DNA from: Campylobacterales bacterium
GTDB lineage: Bacteria; Campylobacterota; Campylobacteria; Campylobacterales; SZUA-545
NCBI GenBank assembly: GCA_050251635.1
Contig: JBFWML010000014.1
Span: 1-45,143 of the forward strand
DNA: 45,143 nucleotides
Direction: 5' to 3'
Position numbers and translations under genes: made by a program. Positions within the stretch are counted from its first letter, which is position 1, and every line of letters begins with the position of its first letter. Positions 1-8,852 of the stretch are shown in pieces. The notes beneath the pieces were generated by a model. That model saw nothing but the letters and a program-made list of their open reading frames with translations, did no database searches and was not told where the DNA came from.

Positions 1-122
1 GTGCAGGTTGCTTTGGTGGTCTAAAACCCCGATCCACCCCTCGTTTAAGATGAGCGCGCACGGATTGACAGCCTCGCTTTGAATCCGGTTGTCAAACTCC
101 ATCCGCCCCCCGTTTTGGTTTG

Positions 123-1325
123 TTAGTGGGCCAGCGACTTAAACCAGCCAGTGGTGTCCAGCTGCTCCCACGGATAGCCCTTGAGGCCGACCTGCCCTTT
201 GGCTGCTACATCGGCGTAAAGGAAGGTGTTTTTAGAGGGCTTGTCCAGATTAAAGGTGCGGGTAATCCACATGGGGGTCAAGGGAAACTGCTTAGCCACC
301 GCGTCGCTGAGCATCTCATCGGTAATACCCGGTGCGGCGGTAAACTGCGTATCGACGCTCACCGAAGTGGGGCGCGCCACACCGATCGCGTAGCTGATCT
401 GAACGAGCGCCTTTTTAGCCAGTCCCGCAGCCACGATGTTTTTGGCGATCCAGCGGGCGGCATAAAGGCCGGAGCGGTCCACCTTGGTGTAGTCCTTAGA
501 AGACTGCGCGCCGCCGCCGATGGGGGCGTAACCGCCGAAGCTGTCCACGATCAGTTTGCGGCCCGTCAGGCCCGAATCGTGCAGCGGGCCGTGGTTAACG
601 TAGCGGCCGGTGGGGTTAATGTGGATAATGCAGTCGTTGGGATTGTAAAGATGGGCGGGCAATCCGGCGGTGTCGATCAGCCCTTTGATTAGCTTGCGCA
701 CTTCGTCGATGTGCAGTTTTTCTACGCTGGGGGCGGAGACAACGATGGTGTGAATCTTCTGGGGTTTGGCCTGAATAAAGTTCTCTTTGGTGCCGTAGTC
801 GATGGTGACTTGGGTTTTAATATCCACACCCAGCTCGTCGGAGTGGGCGAGGGCGTAGGCGTACACCTTGTCGCACAAAAGCCGCGCGTAGCTAATCGCT
901 GCGGGCATATACTCTTCGGCTTCGTCGCTGGCAAAACCGAACATAATGCCCTGATCCCCCGCGCCGATTTCGCCGCCCGCTTGATCAACGCCCTGATTGA
1001 TGTCGGGGGATTGTTTGTTGATATGCACGGCGATATGCAGATCGTCGGGGTGCAGTGTCTGGCAGCGGTCAAAACCGCACTGGCCGCCGTAACCGATTTT
1101 GCTCAAAGCCTCTTTGGCGATGCGTTTGTAATCGGCTTCGGTGATGTTGGCCTTGGTGGTCACTTCGCCGCCGATAAAGAGGTGTTTGCCTGCGATAAAC
1201 ACTTCGGACGCGACGCGGGAGTTGGGGTCCTGCATCAACAAAAAGTCCACAATGCTGTCGGCGACGATGTCCGCGCATTTATCGGGATGGCCGGGGCTGA
1301 CCGCTTCGGAAGTAAACAGATACAT
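123..1325 (-). CDS. metK: S-adenosylmethionine synthetase
   Basis: 400 aa; N-terminal GHPDKCADIVADSIVD, GGEVTTKA and GGGAFSGKD-like motifs typical of MetK. Last gene of the minus-strand operon, 6 nt after luxS. Confidence 0.95.
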   Translation of the reverse strand: MYLFTSEAVSPGHPDKCADIVADSIVDFLLMQDPNSRVASEVFIAGKHLFIGGEVTTKANITEADYKRIAKEALSKIGYGGQCGFDRCQTLHPDDLHIAVHINKQSPDINQGVDQAGGEIGAGDQGIMFGFASDEAEEYMPAAISYARLLCDKVYAYALAHSDELGVDIKTQVTIDYGTKENFIQAKPQKIHTIVVSAPSVEKLHIDEVRKLIKGLIDTAGLPAHLYNPNDCIIHINPTGRYVNHGPLHDSGLTGRKLIVDSFGGYAPIGGGAQSSKDYTKVDRSGLYAARWIAKNIVAAGLAKKALVQISYAIGVARPTSVSVDTQFTAAPGITDEMLSDAVAKQFPLTPMWITRTFNLDKPSKNTFLYADVAAKGQVGLKGYPWEQLDTTGWFKSLAH

Positions 1326-1331
1326 AGACGT

Positions 1332-1847
1332 TTAGCCTTTTTTGCTGAGTTTTTTCATAAGTTTAGGATCAAGGGCAATCTCTTCGTTATTCATCACGCC
1401 GATTCCCTTTTTGAGCACTTTGGTCGCGATTTTCTGCGCGTCTTCGAGGGAGTGCATTTTGTAGGTGCCGCACTGATACTCGTTCAGTTCGGGAATGTCG
1501 CTTTCGCTTTTAACCTTGAGAATATCGTTCATGCTCTTGGCCCACGCCTCGACGATGACCGACTCCTTGGGTTCGCCGATCAGGCTCATGTAAAAGCCGG
1601 TGCGGCAGCCCATGGGGGAGATGTCGATGACCTCGATCCCCTTGAGGTGATCGCGCATAAAACCCGCAAAGAGGTGTTCAAGGGTGTGGATGCCCTTGCC
1701 GCTCATCTTTTTTTTGTTGGGGGTGAAAAAACGCAGATCAAAAACGGTGATCTTGTCCCCCTTGGGGGTGCTCATCGTTTTGGCCTTGCGCACCGCGGGG
1801 CCGCGCATTTTGGTGTGATCGACGCAAAAACTATCCAGTAACGGCAT
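1332..1847 (-). CDS. luxS: S-ribosylhomocysteine lyase (AI-2 / DPD synthase)
   Basis: 171 aa, the canonical LuxS length. Metal-binding HTLEHL motif ([12 protein letters not shown]). Strong SD AAGGAGG 4 nt upstream of the ATG. Confidence 0.9.
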   Translation of the reverse strand: MPLLDSFCVDHTKMRGPAVRKAKTMSTPKGDKITVFDLRFFTPNKKKMSGKGIHTLEHLFAGFMRDHLKGIEVIDISPMGCRTGFYMSLIGEPKESVIVEAWAKSMNDILKVKSESDIPELNEYQCGTYKMHSLEDAQKIATKVLKKGIGVMNNEEIALDPKLMKKLSKKG

Positions 1848-1873
1848 GGCGCCTCCTTGTTAAGGTTGAAATT

Positions 1874-2248
1874 CTACTCAGGCTTCTTGAAAGGCTGGCC
1901 CGGTTTCCACTCAATGTAAACGCTGTCTTTTTCTTCGAAGTGGGGGGATTTAACGAAGACCGATTTAAAGGGCTTGTCGGTCACGTTGCGAAAGTAGTGC
2001 GCTTCGCCGGGGCCGCATTGCAGATACTCGCCCGCTTTCAGTACCACCAGCGTGCCGTTGACCCACACTTCGCATTCGCCTTCCAGCGCGTAAAAGGACT
2101 CCTCTTGCTTGACATGGGCGTGGCAGGGGTGCTCTTCGCCGGGCGTGATGATGACGACGCCGAAGTCGATGTTCGGGCCTTTGGCCAGATACTTCGGGCC
2201 GTGATCGCCGAAGCGGTATTCGTGATCGTTCTCGTGGGTTTTATACAC
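1874..2248 (-). CDS. cupin-domain protein (metal-binding HxH...E...H; candidate isomerase/dioxygenase)
   Basis: 124 aa. Cupin motif 1 [19 protein letters not shown] and motif 2 GPGEAHYF. Overlaps the lsrK-like gene by 8 nt. Confidence 0.65.
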   Translation of the reverse strand: MYKTHENDHEYRFGDHGPKYLAKGPNIDFGVVIITPGEEHPCHAHVKQEESFYALEGECEVWVNGTLVVLKAGEYLQCGPGEAHYFRNVTDKPFKSVFVKSPHFEEKDSVYIEWKPGQPFKKPE

Positions 2249-3791
2249 CGGGGGCTCTCCATAGGGAATTGGTTAAACCCGCTTCGGTCAGTTTCAGTTG
2301 CGCGGCGTAAACAGCCTGCCAGCGCTCTTTAACTTCGCCGTAGAGGGCGTGGTTTTTTGCGTGCGGATCATACCGTTTTTCCCAGCGGATAAGCTGAGCG
2401 GACTCTTCTAAATTTTTCCACACGCCCGCGCCCACTCCGGCGGCAAAGGCGCAGGCCAGCGCGGTCGCCTCTTTCACGACCGGAACTTTCACCTGTTTGC
2501 CCGTCACATCGGCCAGAATCTGACTCCAGAGTTTACCCTTGGAGGCCCCGCCCGCAAAAACGACCTCGCCGCTAGCCGTGCCGGTTAGTTTTTCGACCTT
2601 TTGCAGGTTGATAGCACTCACGATCGCCGCGTTCTCCTGCAAGGCGCGGAACATTTCGGCTTTGCCGCAGCGGGCCGGATCGATGGAGAGGTTAATAAAC
2701 GAGGGCGCGGCGTGAATCCAGCGGCCGTAGTGCATCTCGTCCGAAAAGATCGGCAACACGCCGTTGGCTCCGGCGGGCACACGCTCCGCCATCTCCTCAA
2801 GCAGCGTATAAGGGTCGATCCCCCGCGCCTTGGCCTCGGCCACTTCGTTCTGGCACAGCGCGTCACGAAACCAGCGCATCACAAGGCCCGTAAAAAAGGT
2901 GATCCCTTCGGCCTGACTTTGGCCCGTGATGACATGGGGGTTAATGCGCAAATCCATAGCCGGATCGAGCAATGCGCCTTGGACGTTGACCAGTTGCTGC
3001 CAGAAAGTGCCGCCGAGCACCGCGCTTTGGCCGGGTTTAACCACCCCCAATCCCGCGCTGCCCAGTTGCACGTCGCCGCCGCCCATGACCACAAGTGTTC
3101 CGGCTTTCAGGCCGCACGCTTTGGCCGCCGCTTCGGTGACTTTTCCAATCACGCTTCCCGTTTCGGCCACTTGGGGCAGTAAAGAGCTTTTAATCCCCGC
3201 TTTTTCGGCCAGATCGGGCAGCCATGAGCGGGTTTTTAAAGACAAAAGCCCCGTGGTGCCGCCGTTGGACGGATCGACCGCGATTTCGCCGGAGAGTTTA
3301 AAGAGCGCCCAGTCGCTGATCATCGAGAGTTTATCGGCGGCTTCGTAGAGTTTCGGCTTATGGTTTTTTAGCCACAACAGCCGGGGTAGGGCGGCTAGGG
3401 CAAAGGTTTGACCGCTGGCCTCATACTGCTCTTTTTCCAGGGTCGGAAACTGTTTTTTGAGCGCCACAACCTCCGCGCAGGCGCGACCGTCCACGTTCGC
3501 CACCGCCCACAGCTCCTGACCGTTTTTGTCGTAAACCACAATCCCTTCGCGCATACTCGTCGCGCTGATCGCCAGAATTTTCGACGCATCCACGCTGCTG
3601 ATCGCCCTTTGAATGCAGCGGCATAACAGCGGCCAGTTGGCGGCGCAGTCAAACCCCATCGATCCGGGCACATCCGCTTCGGCAATGTGCATCCACTCCT
3701 CTTGGCCGATCGCAATCTGGTTGCCGTCGGTATCAAACAGTACGGCGCGGCCGCTGCCCGTTCCGGCATCGATGGCGAGTAGGTAATTCAT
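2241..3791 (-). CDS. lsrK: FGGY-family carbohydrate kinase, LsrK-like (autoinducer-2 / DPD kinase)
   Basis: 516 aa. Full-length resemblance to enteric LsrK: [16 protein letters not shown] at the N-terminus, [64 protein letters not shown]-terminal SLWRAPG. ATGA overlap with the upstream aldolase gene. Confidence 0.7.
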   Translation of the reverse strand: MNYLLAIDAGTGSGRAVLFDTDGNQIAIGQEEWMHIAEADVPGSMGFDCAANWPLLCRCIQRAISSVDASKILAISATSMREGIVVYDKNGQELWAVANVDGRACAEVVALKKQFPTLEKEQYEASGQTFALAALPRLLWLKNHKPKLYEAADKLSMISDWALFKLSGEIAVDPSNGGTTGLLSLKTRSWLPDLAEKAGIKSSLLPQVAETGSVIGKVTEAAAKACGLKAGTLVVMGGGDVQLGSAGLGVVKPGQSAVLGGTFWQQLVNVQGALLDPAMDLRINPHVITGQSQAEGITFFTGLVMRWFRDALCQNEVAEAKARGIDPYTLLEEMAERVPAGANGVLPIFSDEMHYGRWIHAAPSFINLSIDPARCGKAEMFRALQENAAIVSAINLQKVEKLTGTASGEVVFAGGASKGKLWSQILADVTGKQVKVPVVKEATALACAFAAGVGAGVWKNLEESAQLIRWEKRYDPHAKNHALYGEVKERWQAVYAAQLKLTEAGLTNSLWRAPGV

Positions 3792-4948
3792 GCGGTTTTC
3801 CTTAGCTTGGCCTGTTCCAGCTCCCAGTATTCGATCTCAAAAAGCTCTTTTTCCCCCAAGGGTTGCCAGCCGCCCAGTTTTTCGGCCTGCAAAATCGCCC
3901 GGATCGTGTGTTCGGCAATATCGGCGACCGGTTTTAACCCTTTGGCGTCGGGCGAAAGGGCGAAAACGCCTTTGTTTTTGATGACCACCACGCGCGGGGT
4001 GGAGTCAAGCTTGATCTGATCGGTGGCGTGGCGGGCGAAATAGGCGTCGTATTCGCGCCGGTAGGCGGCAAAACTGCTTTCGATCCGGCTTTCGTCGCAC
4101 ACGAGATAAAGCCGTTTGGTGCGCAATACGTGTTCGGGGGTTAAACACCCTTTGGCGATCTTTTCCGCATTCGGCAGGGCGCAGAGGGCCGCCGCTTCGG
4201 GGGTTAACAGCGGTTTGACCGCGAAGTTTTCTCCGGCGGCCAGCCGAACCCGCTCGGCCAGCGAGGAATTTTCCGGCAGGGGTTTAGGCAGCGTTAGCAG
4301 CGCTTTTTCGTTCAGATAGGTTTCGGCCTTGGCGGAAAGCTCGATCATCTTGTCGTAGGCCGTTTTGGCGGAGTCGGCAAAGGTAAACAGGCCGTGGTTT
4401 AAAAGCACCACGCCTTCAAGATCGTTCCAGTCGATCGAGCGTGTGAGGTCACGGATGGTTTTAGCCAGAATAAATCCCGGCATCACATAGGGCACGATTA
4501 GCACCTTGGGGCCGAAAACCGCGCGCAGATGTTTTTCGCCTTCGGGCGCGGCGCTGAGCGCGGCCACCGCGTCGGCGTGGGTGTGGTCAACATAATCGAA
4601 GGGGATTAGCGCGTGCAAAATCGCCTCCACGCTGGGGTTGGGCGCGGACTTATCCAACATAGCCGCCTTTTGCGCCGCGACCATTTCGGTGTCGGTGAGG
4701 GTCTCGCGATCGGCCAGTTCCAACAGCGGAGCCAGTTTCACCGCCGGAAAACCGGGTTTTTCGATGCTGGCCAAATCCCAGCCACTGCCTTTGACATACA
4801 AAATACCGTCCACTTTAACGGAGGTATTGCCCCCGCCGTGAAGCACCAAGTCGGCATCGGCCCCCAACAGGCGGGAGGTGTAAACCCGTAAAGCGACGGG
4901 ATCGTTAGCAAATTGCGCAGCCTCGTGTTCGTTCCAGCGATTGATCAT
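3788..4948 (-). CDS. class II aldolase/adducin-family protein (long RhaD-like aldolase domain, without the fused short-chain dehydrogenase half)
   Basis: 386 aa. N-terminus [45 protein letters not shown] is characteristic of the N-terminal aldolase module of bifunctional rhamnulose-1-phosphate aldolase/alcohol dehydrogenases. Confidence 0.6.
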   Translation of the reverse strand: MINRWNEHEAAQFANDPVALRVYTSRLLGADADLVLHGGGNTSVKVDGILYVKGSGWDLASIEKPGFPAVKLAPLLELADRETLTDTEMVAAQKAAMLDKSAPNPSVEAILHALIPFDYVDHTHADAVAALSAAPEGEKHLRAVFGPKVLIVPYVMPGFILAKTIRDLTRSIDWNDLEGVVLLNHGLFTFADSAKTAYDKMIELSAKAETYLNEKALLTLPKPLPENSSLAERVRLAAGENFAVKPLLTPEAAALCALPNAEKIAKGCLTPEHVLRTKRLYLVCDESRIESSFAAYRREYDAYFARHATDQIKLDSTPRVVVIKNKGVFALSPDAKGLKPVADIAEHTIRAILQAEKLGGWQPLGEKELFEIEYWELEQAKLRKTA

Positions 4949-5644
4949 TTAAAGCCTTAATGCGTCGTGCCACTCGACCAGCGTGACGCGGTAACCGGCG
5001 CTCACGGGGTGGACGGTGTGGGCAAAGTAGGGATTGGAAGGGAAAGCAACCATCGTGCCTGCTTTGGGGGTGAGCATGAGCGTTTGGCCGTTTGCGTCTT
5101 TAAGAAAGTCGAAGGTCAGTTTTCCGCCTTCGAAGTCGTCGTTGAGAAACAAAACAGTGGTGATTTTGCGTTGCGTCGCCACCGGTTGCCAGCCGGAAAT
5201 TTCGCCCTTCTCATCCAGCAGAATGCTGCAATTGTCCGCGTGCATCCCGTAAAAGTCGCCGGGGCCGTAGCCTAAAACCTGCAAGCCCGAACCCTCCAGC
5301 AGCAGATGGTTGAAAAACCGTTCAATCTGCGGCTTTTGTTCTAAAAAAGCGGCGCGGTAGATCGCCTGCGAAGTTTCATCCAGACTCAGCCATGCGGTGC
5401 TGCGCAGATTTTTATCGACCCTTGCATGGGGGAGATTGGCCTCTTTAACCTCGGCAGGGACGATCCGGCGCGTTGCGAGCGCATCGGCATAAAGCGCGGC
5501 GCAGGTTTCGGGGGGTAAAAAACCGTCGATCAGCAAAAACGGGTAATCGGCAAAACCGTTGCCCATGAAACTCATCTGGGGCGGCACTTTGCCTTCCAGC
5601 GGCGCGGAGTCATAAAACGCAAGGCGCGAAATGGGGTTTAGCAT
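4949..5644 (-). CDS. 2OG-Fe(II) oxygenase superfamily protein (prolyl-4-hydroxylase-like, P4Hc)
   Basis: 231 aa. HxD...H triad candidates (MHADN ... HTVHPV). P4Hc-like R-x-T-x-L-x-LNDDFEGG-x-L-x-F segment. First gene of the operon, directly abutting the aldolase gene. Confidence 0.55.
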   Translation of the reverse strand: MLNPISRLAFYDSAPLEGKVPPQMSFMGNGFADYPFLLIDGFLPPETCAALYADALATRRIVPAEVKEANLPHARVDKNLRSTAWLSLDETSQAIYRAAFLEQKPQIERFFNHLLLEGSGLQVLGYGPGDFYGMHADNCSILLDEKGEISGWQPVATQRKITTVLFLNDDFEGGKLTFDFLKDANGQTLMLTPKAGTMVAFPSNPYFAHTVHPVSAGYRVTLVEWHDALRL

Positions 5645-5682
5645 ACGCGATTATAGTGCAAGCTTGCCGTGATTTTTCCGCG

Positions 5683-5688
5683 TTATAA
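5683..5688 (+). promoter_or_regulatory. perfect TATAAT -10 hexamer in the 72-bp divergent region, about 28 nt upstream of the binding-protein ATG
   Basis: gcgtTATAATgg. The -35 region is poor (AGCTTG at 17 bp, or TTGCCG at 14 bp). Confidence 0.3.
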
Positions 5689-5716
5689 TGGACGCACTTT
5701 GACAGGGAGGGGTCCC

Positions 5717-6625
5717 ATGAGAGTTATCTGGGTACTGCTGGCGGCGGCCATTGCGCTCTTGGGCGCTGAAGCTAAACGGTTTGTGGTGGGCTTTGCGCAG
5801 GATACGATGACCAACGACTGGCGCGTGGCGCAGGTGCGCGAGCTGGAAGCGGCCTTCAAAAACGACAAAAACATCGAGTTTGTTTACACCGACGGCAAGG
5901 GCAATCTGGCGCTTTCGGTGCAAAATATCGAAGAGCTGATCGCCCGTCCCGTGGATGTGCTGATCGCCAGTCCGCTGGACGCCAAGGCGATGACGCCGGT
6001 GATTGAAAGCGCCTACAAAAAAGGGATTCCCGTGGTGCTGCTTTCGCGCCGGATCGAGGGCGACGGATTTACCACCTTTATTCACCCCGAAAACCGCGAC
6101 ATCGCCAAGCAGGCGGCCCGGTACATCGCCAAAGAGCTGAAGGGCAAGGGCAAGATTTTTATTTTGCAGCACGTACCCACAACCACCCCGGCCATCCACC
6201 GCACCGAAGCGTTTTTTGCCGAGATCAAAAAATATCCCGGCCTTGAAGTGACGGGCATGAAGGTGGCCAACTCCCTGCGGGCCGACGCGATTAAGATGAC
6301 CGAAGAGGCACTGCGCGAAGGGTTGAAGTTTGACGCCGTTTACGCCCAAAGCGACAGCATGGCCGTCGGCGCGATTATGGCACTCAAGGCCGCCGGGGTT
6401 GACCCTAAACCGCTGGTGATTACGGGGATCGACTACATCTCCGAAGCCAGGGCGGCGATTGTGGCCGGGGAGCTGGATGCCAGCTTTACCTATCCGACCG
6501 CCGCAGCCGAGGGGGCCGAAGCGGTGCGCCGGATACTCAAGGGCCAAAAAGTGCCCAAAGAGCAGGTGATCGATTCAACCATGGTCACCCGCGAAAACGT
6601 CCGCAAGATTGAACCGATCTTTTGA
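5717..6625 (+). CDS. periplasmic sugar-binding protein, type I PBP fold (RbsB/LsrB/LuxP/TorT-like)
   Basis: Signal peptide MRVIWVLLAAAIALLGAEA. Start taken at the ATG at 5717, preceded by GGGAGGGG; the track ORF begins at 5669. Typical Peripla_BP segments. Stop overlaps the kinase start (ATGA). Confidence 0.75.
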   Translation: MRVIWVLLAAAIALLGAEAKRFVVGFAQDTMTNDWRVAQVRELEAAFKNDKNIEFVYTDGKGNLALSVQNIEELIARPVDVLIASPLDAKAMTPVIESAYKKGIPVVLLSRRIEGDGFTTFIHPENRDIAKQAARYIAKELKGKGKIFILQHVPTTTPAIHRTEAFFAEIKKYPGLEVTGMKVANSLRADAIKMTEEALREGLKFDAVYAQSDSMAVGAIMALKAAGVDPKPLVITGIDYISEARAAIVAGELDASFTYPTAAAEGAEAVRRILKGQKVPKEQVIDSTMVTRENVRKIEPIF

Positions 6626-8541
6626 TGCGCGCTCGACGGTTAACCCTTAAACAAAAGATGATCCTGCTGCCGCTGACTACGGCGGCGGCGGTGTTGCTGG
6701 CGGTGGGGATTTCGCTTTCGCTGTTTGTGGATCGCTACTACGGCGATATGTCTAAACGCAGCCTCGATCGGGCCGAGGCGAATTTGAATTCGGCTTTTTC
6801 GGCGGCGATGGCGCGGCTTGAGTCCGGCGCGGCGCGGCTGTCGCAGGTTGAGGAGCTGGTTGCAATGGCGGGGTTTATCAGCACCTACCAGCGAACCGAT
6901 GCCTACGAACCGTTGATTTTTGATGTGGAAAAAGAGAAAGTCGCCGATGATCTTGCCCGCCGGTTGACCCTTTCCGGTCACGATCTTGTGGCGATTTACG
7001 ATGCCGAAAACCGTTTGATTGCGGGCGTGCGAAAACGTCTGCGCGACGGCGAGGTGGTGCGCGTCTATGCCACCTACCGCGACCAAAAACCTCTTCTGCT
7101 GGAAAAAACGTCTCAAGGCTGGCAGCCTGCCGGCTTGATTGAGCGCTCGCTCTTTGAATCGCTTCCGCCGACCGCCATGAGCGAACTGGATGCGCAGCGG
7201 GGTTTTTATGTGCAGCGGCTCAAACCGCTGGTGCGGCCTTCGGGCCAGCGGGCGGGCACAATCCGGCTGGCCGATCGCCACGGCGCGCAGACGCTGGCTG
7301 CCATGGTGCGTTCGGAGCTGATTCATACCGGATACCTAACGGCGGGCAACACCATAGCCGGAGATTTTGACGAGGCGCTTTCCCCTGAAATTCGCGGCCA
7401 AATGGCGCTGCGCGAAGGGATGGGCTGGCTTGAAAGCGACGCCCATTTTTTAAAAAGCGTTGCATTGAACGTGGGGCCTGAAGAGTTTTTGCCCGTGGTG
7501 CTGGGGCTGGGAAAAACGATCTATCTCGATCAGCGCAATACGACGCTGTGGATACTCATAGGCGCGCTGGTGCTTTCGGCGCTGCTGGTGGTTCCCTTTG
7601 CGGCAAGGATTGCCAACCGATCGATCGCGCGGCCCGTAGACTGGCTGCTGGAAAAGACCGAAGCCATCAAGGCGGGTCATTATCAAAACCTGGAGCATGA
7701 CGCTTCAAACGATGAGATCGGGCGGCTTTCGCGGGCCTTTGACGCCATGGCCAAAGAGGTTCAGCAACGCGAATGGGAGCTGCAGGAGTACCGCGATCAT
7801 CTCGAACAGAAGGTGCAGGCCGAAATCGCCAAGCGCCAGGAGCAGGAACAGCTGCTGATTCGCCAGTCGAGACTGGCGGCGATGGGTGAAGCGATGAGTT
7901 CCATCGCCCACCATTGGCGTCAACCCCTCAACGCGCTGGCGGCCAATGTTCAGGACCTGCCCGATGCGCAAAAGCACGGCGAGATGACCGTGAACTATCT
8001 CAACCATGTGGTTGATAACTCCATGCGGCTTATCAACGAAATGTCCGGCACGATCGACGCCTTTAAAAACTTCTTTCGCCCCGACGGCAACCGGGTGGCC
8101 TTTTCGGTCAGTCAGGCGGTGCAGCGGACGCTAACGGTGCTTAGCCCCACCTTTACCAACAATCTGGTGACCGTGGAGACCTACTACGAAGACAATCCGC
8201 TGGTGGAGGGGTATCCCAACGAGTTCGCGCAGGTGATTTTACATCTGCTTTCCAACGCGGTTGATGCCATGCTGGAGCGCCAAAGCTCCGTGCGCCGTAT
8301 TTCGCTTTGGGTGGGCAAGGCCGAAAACGGAAAGGCCCGCGTCCAAATCTGCGACAGCGCGGGCGGCATCGATCCGGTGATGCTGGGCAAAATCTTTGAA
8401 CCCTACGTCTCCACCAAGCAAAAAAGCCACGGCAGCGGCGTCGGGCTTTATATGGCCAAGATGATTATCGAATGGAATATGCAAGGCACGATTACGGCAA
8501 GAAACGAAGGGGAGGGCGCCTGCTTTACGATCGAGGTTTAG
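6622..8541 (+). CDS. sensor histidine kinase: TM, about 270-aa periplasmic domain, TM, HAMP, coiled coil, HisKA, HATPase_c; no receiver domain
   Basis: 639 aa. Two hydrophobic segments (LLPLTTAAAVLLAVGISLSLFV; LWILIGALVLSALLVVPFA). H-box SIAHHWRQPLNAL. G-boxes DSAGGIDP and GSGVGLYMAKMIIE. Confidence 0.85.
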   Translation: MMRARRLTLKQKMILLPLTTAAAVLLAVGISLSLFVDRYYGDMSKRSLDRAEANLNSAFSAAMARLESGAARLSQVEELVAMAGFISTYQRTDAYEPLIFDVEKEKVADDLARRLTLSGHDLVAIYDAENRLIAGVRKRLRDGEVVRVYATYRDQKPLLLEKTSQGWQPAGLIERSLFESLPPTAMSELDAQRGFYVQRLKPLVRPSGQRAGTIRLADRHGAQTLAAMVRSELIHTGYLTAGNTIAGDFDEALSPEIRGQMALREGMGWLESDAHFLKSVALNVGPEEFLPVVLGLGKTIYLDQRNTTLWILIGALVLSALLVVPFAARIANRSIARPVDWLLEKTEAIKAGHYQNLEHDASNDEIGRLSRAFDAMAKEVQQREWELQEYRDHLEQKVQAEIAKRQEQEQLLIRQSRLAAMGEAMSSIAHHWRQPLNALAANVQDLPDAQKHGEMTVNYLNHVVDNSMRLINEMSGTIDAFKNFFRPDGNRVAFSVSQAVQRTLTVLSPTFTNNLVTVETYYEDNPLVEGYPNEFAQVILHLLSNAVDAMLERQSSVRRISLWVGKAENGKARVQICDSAGGIDPVMLGKIFEPYVSTKQKSHGSGVGLYMAKMIIEWNMQGTITARNEGEGACFTIEV

Positions 8542-8852
8542 CGGGTTTGCTCGTTTAGCCAGCGCAGATATTCGCTGCCGCCGCCGTCGGCTTCGAAAAA
8601 GATCAATTCGGGCAGATCGTAATCGTGGGTATCAACAAGGGCCCGCTTGAGCGTGTCGATCTGCGAGTGCGTTGTTTTGATAATCAGCAGGCATTCGCTG
8701 TCCTCGTGGAGTTTGCCCTGCCATTCGTAGATGCTGGTGACTTTGGGCACGATATTGACACACGCCGCCAGCCGATCGGCCACGAGAATCCTTGCCAGAC
8801 TTCGCGCCTGCGCTTCATTGGCGCAGGTGGTCAGCGCGACAATCGCCCTCAC
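8538..8852 (-). CDS. cutA: divalent-cation tolerance protein CutA
   Basis: 104 aa, CutA1 family. Characteristic IVPKVTSIYEWQGK ... LLIIKTT core. 4-nt overlap with argB. Confidence 0.8.
   Translation of the reverse strand: MRAIVALTTCANEAQARSLARILVADRLAACVNIVPKVTSIYEWQGKLHEDSECLLIIKTTHSQIDTLKRALVDTHDYDLPELIFFEADGGGSEYLRWLNEQTR

Noticed and set aside
120-692. 190-aa plus-strand ORF
   Set aside because: Lies entirely antisense to metK, whose protein has unambiguous family motifs. It has no RBS or motifs of its own. It is a typical high-GC antisense open frame.
711-1841. 376-aa plus-strand ORF
   Set aside because: Antisense to metK and luxS. Repetitive G/A/V-rich translation, characteristic of the reverse complement of a GC-rich gene.
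5651-6547. 298-aa minus-strand ORF
   Set aside because: Antisense to the periplasmic binding-protein gene. Low-complexity G/R/H-rich translation.
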